A stretch of DNA of 64,000 bases from contig JAPPPQ010000023.1 of NCBI GenBank assembly GCA_028817435.1, forward strand, positions 58,836 to 122,835. Direction: 5' to 3'. Below, in pieces: positions 1-9,296 of the stretch. Below the pieces are notes generated by a model that saw only the letters and a program-made list of their open reading frames with translations, ran no database searches and was not told the origin of the DNA. Source of the stretch: Deltaproteobacteria bacterium (lineage in GTDB: Bacteria > Myxococcota_A > UBA9160 > UBA6930). Numbering within the stretch: the stretch's first letter is position 1; the number at the start of each line of letters is the position of its first letter. The translations under genes and the position numbers were made by a program.

Positions 1-874
1 GGTGCGAATCGCTGTCGAGGAATACGGTCTGCTTCTCTTTGTGCAAAAGAATGTGCGCCGATTCGTGAAAGAAGGTGAACCAGAACCGGTCGTTTGTCTT
101 CCCGTAGGGAGACAACTGAATCAGTGGCTTTTGCGAATCGATCCAGCGAGCCACGCCGCTCACCCGGGCGCTGCGAATTGTGGGAATCAGAACCAGATTC
201 ACGCCCGCCTCACAGCAGAGCTTCTTCAGCTTCGGCTCGAAGCTTTCGGGCCGCTCCACCGTCAAGTTGCGAATTTTCAGCAGCGCGGCCTTGAACCCCT
301 TGGCCGTGTATCGATTCGGGCTGTATGCCTTTTTCTCCAGCACCCGTTCACCTGCCCGCAGCCAAACAGAAATAGCGCCCAGGTTGCCGCGCAGGTCGCC
401 GCTGGAGCGCCGGAAGCTGGCCTGCAATTGCGTGTAATTCTTCTTCCAGATTTCAGGAGATGCGACGCAGAAAAACCGCAACAGGTCTTCCACAACGGCG
501 GGCTTGCTTTCGGCAGTGCGGCGGCGCTTGGGAATCAATTCCCGATTCACCATTTCCGAAATGGGGAATTGATTCAACCAGTCGGCCCGCTTCCTCAGGC
601 CGTTGGTCTCTTCCAACAGCCGAAGCCCGGCGCGGTAATCCGCCTCTCGGACGAGCCAAAACCGCACCGTGGAGCCCAGCACGCGGGACAGAGTGAGAGC
701 AATGGGGCTGGTAATTGCCGCTTTGCCGCAGACAAGCTGCTTGACTTGGTTGATGTCAAGGCCGGACTTCTTCGCAAAGACGGCCTCTGTCCAGCAGCGC
801 TCTTCCAGAATGCTGGCGATGGAGTCGCCGGGCGGCGACAGCCAATCGGGCTTGTGTTCGAGTATTGCCGTCAT
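1..874 (-). CDS. HigA-like HTH antitoxin fused to an ImmA/IrrE-type zinc metallopeptidase domain (partial; 3' end runs off the window; not in the supplied ORF track)
   Basis: Hand translation of the minus strand from ATG (rc of 872-874): MTAILEHKPDWLSPPGDSIASILEERCWTEAVFAKKSGLDINQVKQLVCGKAAITSPIALTLSRVLGSTVRFWL... The frame stays open to nt 1 (>=291 codons). HigA/XRE-type HTH at the N-terminus; HExxH in ImmA/IrrE context (FFHESAHILLH; HESAH = nt 53-67). ATGA start/stop overlap with higB. Confidence 0.8.
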   Translation of the reverse strand, partial: MTAILEHKPDWLSPPGDSIASILEERCWTEAVFAKKSGLDINQVKQLVCGKAAITSPIALTLSRVLGSTVRFWLVREADYRAGLRLLEETNGLRKRADWLNQFPISEMVNRELIPKRRRTAESKPAVVEDLLRFFCVASPEIWKKNYTQLQASFRRSSGDLRGNLGAISVWLRAGERVLEKKAYSPNRYTAKGFKAALLKIRNLTVERPESFEPKLKKLCCEAGVNLVLIPTIRSARVSGVARWIDSQKPLIQLSPYGKTNDRFWFTFFHESAHILLHKEKQTVFLDSDSH

Positions 875-1239
875 CGGCGATGAGGTCCCATGTGGAAGAT
901 GGTCACGCTGGTGACTCGCTTCCAGTCGGTATTGCCTGCCTTCGTTTTGGGCGCAGGTTGGTGAGTGGGCCGAAAGAGCAGCCGGTTCTTTCTTCCCAGG
1001 TCGAGCGAATATGTCTCCTCACCGCTGTATTCGTGTGGGTCTCCGGCGACCAGATCGTCCACATTTGCCGCAGCAGCCAGCTCGCGCAACCTTTCGTAAA
1101 GCTTCTTTGCCGTTGTGTCGCCCAATTTTCGCCTGGCGACTTTTGCTCTTTCGCTCGAGATTTCGCCCGGTTGGGAGGCAACCATTCGCCAGCCGGGGGC
1201 CAGCCTCTCCAGCCTGGGCGGGTCAAAGGAGATTTCCAT
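871..1239 (-). CDS. higB: HigB-type (plasmid maintenance system killer, RelE/ParE fold) toxin
   Basis: 122-aa ORF with the family pattern (KKLYERLRELAAAANVDDL, YSLDLGRKNRLLFRP, TIFHMGPH near the C-terminus). Stop overlaps the start of the downstream HTH gene. Lower G+C than the core (33/60 in line 541-600 of the partner gene). Confidence 0.75.
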   Translation of the reverse strand: MEISFDPPRLERLAPGWRMVASQPGEISSERAKVARRKLGDTTAKKLYERLRELAAAANVDDLVAGDPHEYSGEETYSLDLGRKNRLLFRPTHQPAPKTKAGNTDWKRVTSVTIFHMGPHRR

Positions 1240-1291
1240 GCTTCACAAGGTAGGCCGCCCGCCCGCCCGCCGCAACCCCAGCCCCGGCGCT

Positions 1292-3661
1292 TCACGCGGC
1301 GAACAGGCGCTTTTTGGCGTTGCGGAGCAGGTCGGAGGGCTCTTGGCCGGGCTGTTGCAGGGCGCGGGGGCCGCCGGCCTGGCGGAGGGCGGGGAGGTCG
1401 AAGATGTGGGGGTTCTCCAGGCCCTCGGTGCCTTCCTGTGCAAACTGGCCGGTAATGGCGCGGATGGCTTCGGCAGAGTCAGCGGGAAGGCTCTGCAGCC
1501 ACCCTGCGTTCTTGTGATCGAATGCGGCGGCGCGGCGCGCGCGGGTCAGGGGCGCCATGCCGTAGCCGGTTTCGGCCAGCAAGTCGTAGTCGTCGTAATC
1601 CTGCATTTCAAGCAGTGCGCTCAGCACTTCGGGGGAGCAATTCGCGGCGCGCAGCTTTTCAATCAGCGCGTGGCGCTCGGGCTGCACAATCCACAGGCGG
1701 CGAAGCTCGTCCAGCCCGGGTGCAAGCTCCACCAGCCGGGCGGCCATGCGCTCCTGGTATTCCTCGGCGGTAATGCGCTGCAACTCGCCGTCTTCTTCAA
1801 TCAGCACATAGCGGCCCTCGGGGCGAATGGAAACCTCGAAGCCGTCCACTTCCACCAGCGGCGGCGGCTCGCGGCCTTCGCCGGGGCCTTCGGGGCCGCC
1901 CGAAACCGTGCGGGGCGGGGGCACGCTGATGTCCCCGCCGATCAAATCGGTGGCATTGGTGTAATCGTGAACGGTGAACTGCAGCTTGCCGATGGACTCG
2001 TCAATGCGCGTGCCGCGCCCCAGCATTTGGTAAAAACTGATGGGCGAGCGAATGTAGCGGAAGAACACAATGTTTCGCACGCAGCGCACATCCACGCCGG
2101 TGGTCAGCAAATCCACCGTGGTGGCGATGAAGTGATGCTTGGTGGAGCCGCGCAGATCCGGCAATTGCTCGTTGCCATGCACCGAGGCGGTGCACTTGAA
2201 TGCGTAGGGTTCGGCGCGCTCTTTGCCGTGCTGCGCGCACCACCGGGCGTAGAGGTTGTTCATTCCGGCAGCTACGGCGTCTGCGTGGGCGTCGCGGGTG
2301 CAAAAGACAATGGTCTTTTGCTCGGGGCCGCCGCGCTGCAGCAGGCTCCCAAACAAATCCGCGCACATGGCCTGCACGCGGTCGGGAAGCATCAGGCTGG
2401 ATTCGAAGCTCTGCCTCTCGTAGCGCTCCCGAATCTGTTCTTCGCTCAGGGGCTGCCCGGTTGTGGCGTCGCGCGGGCCGCGCTCCATAATATCGTCCCG
2501 GTCAACGCCGCTGCGGTCCAGGCTAATCTCGCTCTTGCGAATGGCGCAGGCCGCCAGGTAGCCGTCGTCCATGGCCTGCTGAATGGTGTAATCGTAGGCG
2601 GGCTCGCCGAAATACCGGAAGTTGTCGTCGCGCAGCTCCGTATCGCCCTGTCCGCCTTCCTTGAATTTGCGCGGCGTGGCGGTCAGGCCAATGTGCGCGG
2701 CGCCGGGGTTGCGCCGCAGCACCTCGTGCCACTTGTTCCAGGCAGAGCGGTGGCATTCGTCAATGACAATGTGGCTGAATTCGCCTTCGGGAAAGTTCGC
2801 GTCCAAAAAAGCCGCGTCATCGTCTTCGCTGCTCACGCCCAGGGTCTGATAGGTGGCGATTTGCACCCGGGCGTTGCGGGCGGTGTTCGAGCCGTCGGGG
2901 GCGCGCCGCACCTCCGCCGCCTCAGCGCCGAACACATTGGAGAATTCGTGCAGCGCCTGCGCGCGCAGTTCGTCGCGGTCGCACAAAAACAGCGCCCGCC
3001 GCAGTTGCCCGGCGTCGGCAATGCGCTTTAGCAGGTGGACGGCAATGAAGGTCTTGCCCGTTCCGGTGGCCAGCGAAAGCAGCGCGCGCTTCTTTGCGCC
3101 CGCGCCCTGCGCCCAGGCGAGCTTTTCCAGCACGGCGCGAATTGCGGCGTCCTGGTAATAGCGCCGCTTGCCCTCGCCCCCGTGATAGGGCGTCAGCAGC
3201 GGCTTTGCCGCGGCAGCGTCCAGGTCAAAGCCCACCTGCGCTTCGTAGCGGCGGCGCAAATCCGCCGGCATGGGAAAGTCGCTCATGGGCTTCGGCCTGC
3301 TGGTCTGCCCGGTGCCGCGGTCAAACTCCACAAACTGGTGGCCGTTGGAAGAGAACGCAAAGCGCACCTGCAGCCGCTCGCATTTGCGCGCGTATTCCTT
3401 TGCCTGCTCCAGCCCGTGGCCGGGCGGCAGGCTCTCCTTCTTCGCCTCAATCAGCGCAATCGCCAGCAGTTGCCGCCCGCCCGCGGCCCCAATCCGCAGC
3501 ACATAGTCCACCTGCTTGCGCCTGCTGCGCCGGGGCCGCCCCTGCACAATCTCAACCGCCCCGGCGGTCTCCTCCCGGCGAATCAACTCCTCCGACCACC
3601 CCCGCCGATGCAGCGCGGGATCTATGAGCTTCGCCCGCGTATCCGCTTCCGAAAACTCCAC
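1292..3661 (-). CDS. hsdR: Type I restriction enzyme R subunit, EcoEI-like (type IB-like) HsdR
   Basis: 789 aa. N-terminal SEADTRAKLIDPAL plus DYVL...ALIEAKK (PD-(D/E)xK of HsdR_N type). SF2 helicase motif I SLATGTGKT, motif II VIDECHR, QMLGRGTR. C-terminal tail resembling the EcoEI_R_C domain. Confidence 0.85.
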   Translation of the reverse strand: MEFSEADTRAKLIDPALHRRGWSEELIRREETAGAVEIVQGRPRRSRRKQVDYVLRIGAAGGRQLLAIALIEAKKESLPPGHGLEQAKEYARKCERLQVRFAFSSNGHQFVEFDRGTGQTSRPKPMSDFPMPADLRRRYEAQVGFDLDAAAAKPLLTPYHGGEGKRRYYQDAAIRAVLEKLAWAQGAGAKKRALLSLATGTGKTFIAVHLLKRIADAGQLRRALFLCDRDELRAQALHEFSNVFGAEAAEVRRAPDGSNTARNARVQIATYQTLGVSSEDDDAAFLDANFPEGEFSHIVIDECHRSAWNKWHEVLRRNPGAAHIGLTATPRKFKEGGQGDTELRDDNFRYFGEPAYDYTIQQAMDDGYLAACAIRKSEISLDRSGVDRDDIMERGPRDATTGQPLSEEQIRERYERQSFESSLMLPDRVQAMCADLFGSLLQRGGPEQKTIVFCTRDAHADAVAAGMNNLYARWCAQHGKERAEPYAFKCTASVHGNEQLPDLRGSTKHHFIATTVDLLTTGVDVRCVRNIVFFRYIRSPISFYQMLGRGTRIDESIGKLQFTVHDYTNATDLIGGDISVPPPRTVSGGPEGPGEGREPPPLVEVDGFEVSIRPEGRYVLIEEDGELQRITAEEYQERMAARLVELAPGLDELRRLWIVQPERHALIEKLRAANCSPEVLSALLEMQDYDDYDLLAETGYGMAPLTRARRAAAFDHKNAGWLQSLPADSAEAIRAITGQFAQEGTEGLENPHIFDLPALRQAGGPRALQQPGQEPSDLLRNAKKRLFAA

Positions 3662-3725
3662 CCCCCAATGCTAGCGCCCCCGCGCGGCGCAGGGGTATGC
3701 TGTGCGCAGCGCGAAGGAGGCGAGC

Positions 3726-4904
3726 ATGGCCGGAGAGTTTGACGAGGGCGCGTTGTTGGCGGAGGCGCGGGAGCGGGCGGGGCTTTCGGACTTTGGGGAT
3801 GAGTCTTTTCGCCCGCCGTTGCGGGTGTTGTTGCGCTCGCTGCGGGAAGCGCCGCTGAATGCGGGGGGGCGCGCGGGGCAGCACGAGCGGCTGGTGGCGA
3901 GCCTGGCCATGCGGCTGGCTTTTCACCATGCCTGCCAGCAGCACCCGGAGATTCTCGAAGAGCAGATTGCCGCGCCGCTGGTGGTTGTGGGGCAGGCGCG
4001 CACGGGCACCACGCGGCTGCATCGGCTGCTGGCCAGCGATCCGGGGCTGTTTGCGGCGCGCTGGTGGGAGGTGCGCAGCCCCGCGCCGCCGCCGCAGGTG
4101 CTCGCCGCGCCCGGCGCGCCCGATCCGCGCATTGCCGAAGCGCATGAACAGGTGCGCTGGATTTTGGAAACGCAGCCGGTGCTCGCCTCGATTCATCCCT
4201 GGGATGCGGAAGCGCCGGATGAAGAGATTATGCTGGCCGAGCATTCTTTCCTTTCCCATGTGCCGGAATCCGGCGCGCATTTGCCGGACTATCGGCGCTG
4301 GCTGGATTCGCAGGATTTTGCGCCGAGCTACGACTACACGAAGCGGCTGCTGCAGTTTCTGCAGTGGCAAAAGCGCCGCCGGGGCGAAAGCGCCGAGCGC
4401 TGGGTGCTGAAGACGCCGCAGCACCTGGGTTATCTGGAGCTGCTCTTTGCGACTTTTCCCGGCGCGCTGGTAATTCAGACTCACCGCGATCCGCTGGAGA
4501 CCATTCCCTCGGTGGCGAGTATGTATGCCGCGCTCTGGGGGCTTTCGCAGGATCAGGTGGATTTTCACGAGGTGGGGCGCCAGTGTCTGGAGCGCTACGC
4601 GTGGGCCATGCGGCGCGGGCTTGCGGCGCGGGAGCGCATGCCGCCGGAGCGCTTTTGCGATGTCTGGTTCCGGGATGTGGGGCGCGACGCGCTGGGCCAG
4701 GTGCGGCGCATTTACGCCGCCGCCGGCCGCCCGCTCAGCGCCGAAGCCGAAGCCTCCATGTCGGCCTGGCTGCGCAACAACCCCCGGGACGCGCGGCCCA
4801 TGCACGAATACAGCCTGGAAAAGTTCGGCCTGAGCGAAGAGGCCATTGCGGAGAAATTTGCCGATTACCGCGCGCGCTTCATTTTGCCGCGCGCTCAGCC
4901 GTAG
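3726..4904 (+). CDS. Sulfotransferase family protein
   Basis: PAPS-binding loop-like GQARTGTTRLHRLL. The track ORF starts at 3702, but AAGGAGG (3712-3718) precedes ATG 3726 (MAGEFDEG...). Confidence 0.7.
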   Translation: MAGEFDEGALLAEARERAGLSDFGDESFRPPLRVLLRSLREAPLNAGGRAGQHERLVASLAMRLAFHHACQQHPEILEEQIAAPLVVVGQARTGTTRLHRLLASDPGLFAARWWEVRSPAPPPQVLAAPGAPDPRIAEAHEQVRWILETQPVLASIHPWDAEAPDEEIMLAEHSFLSHVPESGAHLPDYRRWLDSQDFAPSYDYTKRLLQFLQWQKRRRGESAERWVLKTPQHLGYLELLFATFPGALVIQTHRDPLETIPSVASMYAALWGLSQDQVDFHEVGRQCLERYAWAMRRGLAARERMPPERFCDVWFRDVGRDALGQVRRIYAAAGRPLSAEAEASMSAWLRNNPRDARPMHEYSLEKFGLSEEAIAEKFADYRARFILPRAQP

Positions 4905-6412
4905 CGGCGCTGCAATTCGCGCTTCAACACTTTGCCGGAGGCATTGCGGGGCAGCGCGGCGACAATTTCCAGCCGCTCGGGGAGCTTTTGCACGGCGAGT
5001 CCGCTTTGGCGCAGGGCGGCGTTCATTTCCTCAAAGCTCGGCGGGTCTTCGGCGCTGCGCGGTGCCACCACGGCGCAGACGAGCTCGCCGCGCTCGGCGT
5101 CGGGCAGGCCAATTACCGCGGCCTCTGCAATTTTCGGCTGCTCGTGAAGCCGGTCTTCAATTTCCCGCGCCGAAAGATTCTCGCCCTTGCGCACAATTAC
5201 ATCCTTGAGCCGCCCGGTAATGCGCAAAAAGCCCGCGCCATCCAGGCTGCCCAGGTCGCCGGTGCGCAAAAATCCATCGCCGTCGAAGGCATCGGCATTG
5301 AGCCGCGCATCCACATAGCCGCGGAACAAGTGCGGCCCGCGCAATCGCACCTCGCCTTCTTCGCCGGTTTTCGCCGCCGCGCCGTCTTGCCGCACAATGC
5401 GCAGTTGGCAGCCCGCGGTGGCGCGCCCCTCGCTGTTGGCCAGCGCTTCGCCGGGATCGCCGAGCGCGCCCAGTGTGGCGATGGGATATTCGGTAAGCCC
5501 GTAGCCCGAGACGATGGGCGCGCCGGTTTCGCGCAGCAGGTCGTGGTAGAGCTGCGGGGGCTTGGGCGCGCCGCCGCCGGGATAACAGCGCACCCGCGGC
5601 AGCAGTTTGGCTTCGGGGTGCGCGCGCTGCGCGGCCAGGTATGCCTGGTGAAAGACGGTTCCCGCGCCCGCCAGCGTTGCGCCGCGCTGTGCCAGCAGCG
5701 CAATGCTCTCGCCGCCAAACTGCTCGATCAAAATATGCGCGCAGCCCGCCATCAACCCGGCAAAGAGCCAGTTGATTCCGCCAATGTGCGTTACGGGAAA
5801 CACAAAGCCGTGGCGATCTTCGGGGCGCAGCTCGTAGCGCTGCACCATGGCGCGTCCTGCGCCGGCCAGCGCGGGGTCGCCGTGGCGCACGCCTTTCGGA
5901 TCGGCGGTGGTGCCCGAGCTGTAGAGCACCCAGCGAATCTCATCGCTTGCCGCGGGCGCGGGGGGCAGCGCGGCGGGGTCGCCATGGGGCAGCCCGTCAT
6001 CTGTAATCCACACTTCAAGGCCGGGCAAATCGCGGGCCACGCTGCGCGCCAGTGCTTCGTAATTGAAGCCGCGAAACGCGCGCGGCGCGAACAGAAAGCG
6101 CGCCCCGGTCTGCCGCGCAATGAAGCCGAGCTCGCGCTGACGCAGCATGGGCAGCAGGGGATTCTGCTGCGCGCCGAGCCGCGCCAGCGCTGCGCTGAGA
6201 ATCAGCGCCTCGAAGCGCGTCGGAAGCTGCCAGGAAACGGCGGTGCACGCGCCGATGCCGAGCGCCGCGAGTCCCGCGGCGCAGCGCAACGCCGCATCTC
6301 GAAATTCGAAAAAACTCTGAGTGCGCCCGGCCTCGTTCACGGCGAAGAGGCCGTCCGGCGTGGCCTGCGCGCGGCGCTCAATCAGCTCCCAGAGATCATC
6401 GCCGTCCAGCAT
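4895..6412 (-). CDS. AMP-dependent acyl-CoA synthetase/ligase
   Basis: AMP-binding motif YSSGTTADPKGV; C-terminal GKVLKRELQ. Start taken at ATG 6412 (MLDGDDLWELIERRA...), 2 nt after the stop of the upstream ligase. The first 48 codons of the track ORF overlap that gene. Confidence 0.85.
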   Translation of the reverse strand: MLDGDDLWELIERRAQATPDGLFAVNEAGRTQSFFEFRDAALRCAAGLAALGIGACTAVSWQLPTRFEALILSAALARLGAQQNPLLPMLRQRELGFIARQTGARFLFAPRAFRGFNYEALARSVARDLPGLEVWITDDGLPHGDPAALPPAPAASDEIRWVLYSSGTTADPKGVRHGDPALAGAGRAMVQRYELRPEDRHGFVFPVTHIGGINWLFAGLMAGCAHILIEQFGGESIALLAQRGATLAGAGTVFHQAYLAAQRAHPEAKLLPRVRCYPGGGAPKPPQLYHDLLRETGAPIVSGYGLTEYPIATLGALGDPGEALANSEGRATAGCQLRIVRQDGAAAKTGEEGEVRLRGPHLFRGYVDARLNADAFDGDGFLRTGDLGSLDGAGFLRITGRLKDVIVRKGENLSAREIEDRLHEQPKIAEAAVIGLPDAERGELVCAVVAPRSAEDPPSFEEMNAALRQSGLAVQKLPERLEIVAALPRNASGKVLKRELQRRYG

Positions 6413-6414
6413 GG

Positions 6415-8040
6415 CTACGCGCCCCCGCGCGCCGCGCCTTCCCTGGCCCAGTCGCGCAGCACGAACTTTTGCACTTTGCCCGAGGCGTTGACGGGCAGCG
6501 ACTCGACGATGCGCACAAAGCGCGGCGCTTTGTAGTTGGCCATGCGCTCCCTGCACCAGGTGGAGATGTCTTCGGCGCGCGGTGCAGCGCCGGGCACGGG
6601 CGCCACAAAGGCCATGCCCACTTCGCCCATGCGCTCGTCGGGGACGCCAATTACCGCGGCCTGCGCGATTTCCTCGTGCGCAAAAAGCGCGCTCTCAATT
6701 TCGGCGGGATACACATTGAAGCCGCCGCTGATGAACATATCCTTGATGCGGTCGGTAATGCGCAGATAGCCGCGCGAATCCATCACGGCAATATCGCCGG
6801 TGTGCAGCCAGCCCTCGGCGTCAATGGCCTGGGCGGTGGCCTCGGGGTCGTCAAAATAGCCGCGCATGACATTGTATCCGCGCACCCACACTTCGCCGGG
6901 CTCGCCGCGCGCAACTTCGCGGCCATCTGCGTCCACACAGCGCACCTCCACATCCGGCAGCGCGCGCCCCGAGGTGGTGGCGATGGTTTCGGCGTCGTCA
7001 TCCTGCCCGCACATGGAAACGGTGCCGCAGCTTTCGGTGAGTCCGTAGGCCGTCAGCACCGTGTCGAAGCCGAGCTCGTCTTTCATGCGGCGGATCAGCT
7101 CCACCGGCGTGGGCGCTGCGCCGGTAACCGCCAGCCGCAACGGAGAGAGATTGGCCTGCGCGCGCGCGGGGTGCGCCAAAATAGATTGGTAAAGGGTGGG
7201 CGGGCCGGGCAGCACGGTGATGCGCTCGCGGCCGATGCGCTCCAGCACCTCGGGAACATCGAAGACCAGTTGCGGCAGCGCGGTTGCGCCGCGCAGCAAA
7301 CAGGCCAGCCAGCCGGCCTTGTAGCCGAAAGAGTGAAAGAAGGGCGGGATGATCAGGTAGCGATCTCCCGCACGCAGGCCGACGCAGCGGCTCCAGGTAT
7401 CGAAGACGCGCAGGTTCTGCCCGTGCGCCGTCATTACGCCCTTGGGGTTGCCCGTGGTGCCGCTGGTGAAGAGCAGGTCGGAAAGGTCGCCGCTCTCGAC
7501 GGACTCTGCGCGCGCGCGCGCATCCTGCGGCGGCACCGTTGCGCCGCCGGACAAAAAGCCGTCCCACGGCTCTGCGTTTTTCGCTTCGCCTTGCAGCGAA
7601 ATCACGCCTTCCAGATGGGGCAGCGATTCGCCGGCCAGCGATTCTGCGTAGTTGACGCCGAGAAAATCGCCCAGTGTGCAGAGCAGCCGCGCCCGGCTCT
7701 TGTGCAGCACATAGGCGGCCTCGGCGGCCTTGAAGCGGGTGTTGAGCGGCACCAGCACGCCGCCTGCGGATTGCAGGCCCAGCGCCGCCACCACCCACAC
7801 CGGCAGATTGGGCGCCCAAATTGCCACGCGGTCGCCGCGCTGCACCCCCGCCGCCATGAAGGCGCGGGTGGCGCGCTCGGCCTCGGCGGCCAGCTCGGCA
7901 AAGCAAAGGCGCAGCGCGCCGGCTTCCAGCGCCGATGCCTGCGGCCAGAGCCGCGCGGCGCGATGCAGGGCGCGGGGGATGGTCAGCGAGGCCCAGTCTT
8001 CGGCTGCCGCGCTGCCCTTTTCGCCGCCGTTTCTGGCCAT
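6415..8040 (-). CDS. AMP-dependent acyl-CoA synthetase/ligase (fatty-acid-CoA ligase-like)
   Basis: FTSGTTGNPKGV motif, GEVWVRGYNVMRGYF, GKVQKFVLR. Start at ATG 8040 (MARNGGEKG...). The longer track ORF (to 8412) is an Arg/Pro-rich shadow overlapping the divergent gene. Confidence 0.85.
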   Translation of the reverse strand: MARNGGEKGSAAAEDWASLTIPRALHRAARLWPQASALEAGALRLCFAELAAEAERATRAFMAAGVQRGDRVAIWAPNLPVWVVAALGLQSAGGVLVPLNTRFKAAEAAYVLHKSRARLLCTLGDFLGVNYAESLAGESLPHLEGVISLQGEAKNAEPWDGFLSGGATVPPQDARARAESVESGDLSDLLFTSGTTGNPKGVMTAHGQNLRVFDTWSRCVGLRAGDRYLIIPPFFHSFGYKAGWLACLLRGATALPQLVFDVPEVLERIGRERITVLPGPPTLYQSILAHPARAQANLSPLRLAVTGAAPTPVELIRRMKDELGFDTVLTAYGLTESCGTVSMCGQDDDAETIATTSGRALPDVEVRCVDADGREVARGEPGEVWVRGYNVMRGYFDDPEATAQAIDAEGWLHTGDIAVMDSRGYLRITDRIKDMFISGGFNVYPAEIESALFAHEEIAQAAVIGVPDERMGEVGMAFVAPVPGAAPRAEDISTWCRERMANYKAPRFVRIVESLPVNASGKVQKFVLRDWAREGAARGGA

Positions 8041-8087
8041 GCATTTCTCCCCCGCCCCACGGGCTGCAAAGCGGTATCGTATCACGC

Positions 8088-9296
8088 ATGAACATTTGCT
8101 TCTCGCAGCAGGACGAATCCTTTCGCCGCGAGGTGGCCGCGTGGCTGGCGGATGCGCTCTCCGGCGAGTTTGCGGAGCTGCGCGGCCGCGGCGGCCCCGG
8201 AGACGACGCGGCGCTGGTCGAGGAGCGCAAGGCCTGGGAAAAGAAGCTGGCCTCCGGCGGCTATACCTGCGTGGGCTGGCCCCGCAAGTTCGGCGGGCGC
8301 GGCCTTTCGCTTTCGCAGCAGGTGATCTTTTTCGAGGAATATGCGCGGGCCGGCGGCCCCGGCCGCGTGGGGCACATGGGCGAAATGCTGCTCGGCCCCA
8401 CCTGCATTGCATTCGGCAGCGCCGAACAGCAGCGGCGCTTTCTGCCGCCCATCGTTGCGGGCGAGGAGTTCTGGTGCCAGGGCTACTCGGAGCCCGGCGC
8501 GGGCAGCGATCTCGCCAATGTGCAAACCCGCGCGCAGCTCGAAGGCGATGAGTGGGTGATTCACGGCCAGAAGGTGTGGACCAGTTGGGCCGCCTGGGCG
8601 GATTGGGGTTTTGTGCTGTGCCGCAGCGAGCCGGGCAGCCAGCGCCACGCGGGGCTTTCGTATCTGCTGGTGCCGATGCGGCAGCCGGGGGTTTCGCTCC
8701 GGCCCATCCGGCAAATTACCGGCGACGCCGAATTCTTCGAGGTGTTTTACGACGGCGCGCGCACCGCCCGCGAAAATGTGCTGGGCGCGCCGGGCGCGGG
8801 CTGGAAGGTGGCGATGGGAACGCTGGCCTTCGAGCGCGGCGTCTCCACGCTGGGGCAGCAGATGCTGTTCCGCAACGAATTGCAGCAGATTATCGAAACT
8901 GCCAAGCGTAACGGCCGGGCGCAAGATCCGCTGATTCGCCAGCGCATTGCCGATGCCTGGATTGGCCTCGAAATTCAGCGCGCCGGTGCGCTGCGCACGC
9001 TCTCGTCGCAGAGCGCGGAGCTCGAGGCCGCGGGCCTGGTGCACAAACTCTACTGGGCCACCTGGCACCGCGCGCTGGGCGAGCTGGCCATGGATGTGCT
9101 GGGCGCAGAGGGCGAGATTGCGGCCGGTTTCCCATGCGAGCTGACTCCCATGCAAAAGCTCTACCTGTTCACGCGCTCGGATACCATTTACGGCGGATCG
9201 AATCAGATTCAGCGCAACATTATTGCCGAGCGCGCGCTGGGCCTGCCCAGGGAACCGCGCCCGCCGCAGAGCGCAACGCCGCAGGCGCAATCGTGA
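8088..9296 (+). CDS. Acyl-CoA dehydrogenase
   Basis: MNICFSQQDESFRREVAAWL N-terminus; GYSEPGAGSDLA; C-terminal IYGGSNQIQRNIIAERALGLP. Divergent from the ligase across 8041-8087. Confidence 0.85.
   Translation: MNICFSQQDESFRREVAAWLADALSGEFAELRGRGGPGDDAALVEERKAWEKKLASGGYTCVGWPRKFGGRGLSLSQQVIFFEEYARAGGPGRVGHMGEMLLGPTCIAFGSAEQQRRFLPPIVAGEEFWCQGYSEPGAGSDLANVQTRAQLEGDEWVIHGQKVWTSWAAWADWGFVLCRSEPGSQRHAGLSYLLVPMRQPGVSLRPIRQITGDAEFFEVFYDGARTARENVLGAPGAGWKVAMGTLAFERGVSTLGQQMLFRNELQQIIETAKRNGRAQDPLIRQRIADAWIGLEIQRAGALRTLSSQSAELEAAGLVHKLYWATWHRALGELAMDVLGAEGEIAAGFPCELTPMQKLYLFTRSDTIYGGSNQIQRNIIAERALGLPREPRPPQSATPQAQS

Noticed and set aside
2-883. 293-aa plus-strand ORF at the left edge
   Set aside because: Arg/Ala/Gly/Pro-rich with no motif. 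It is the antisense shadow of the minus-strand HTH + HExxH gene, which has clear family features and ATGA coupling to higB.
1115-3031. 638-aa plus-strand ORF
   Set aside because: Antisense to hsdR, whose helicase and nuclease motifs are unambiguous. The translation is low-complexity Ala/Gly/Arg.
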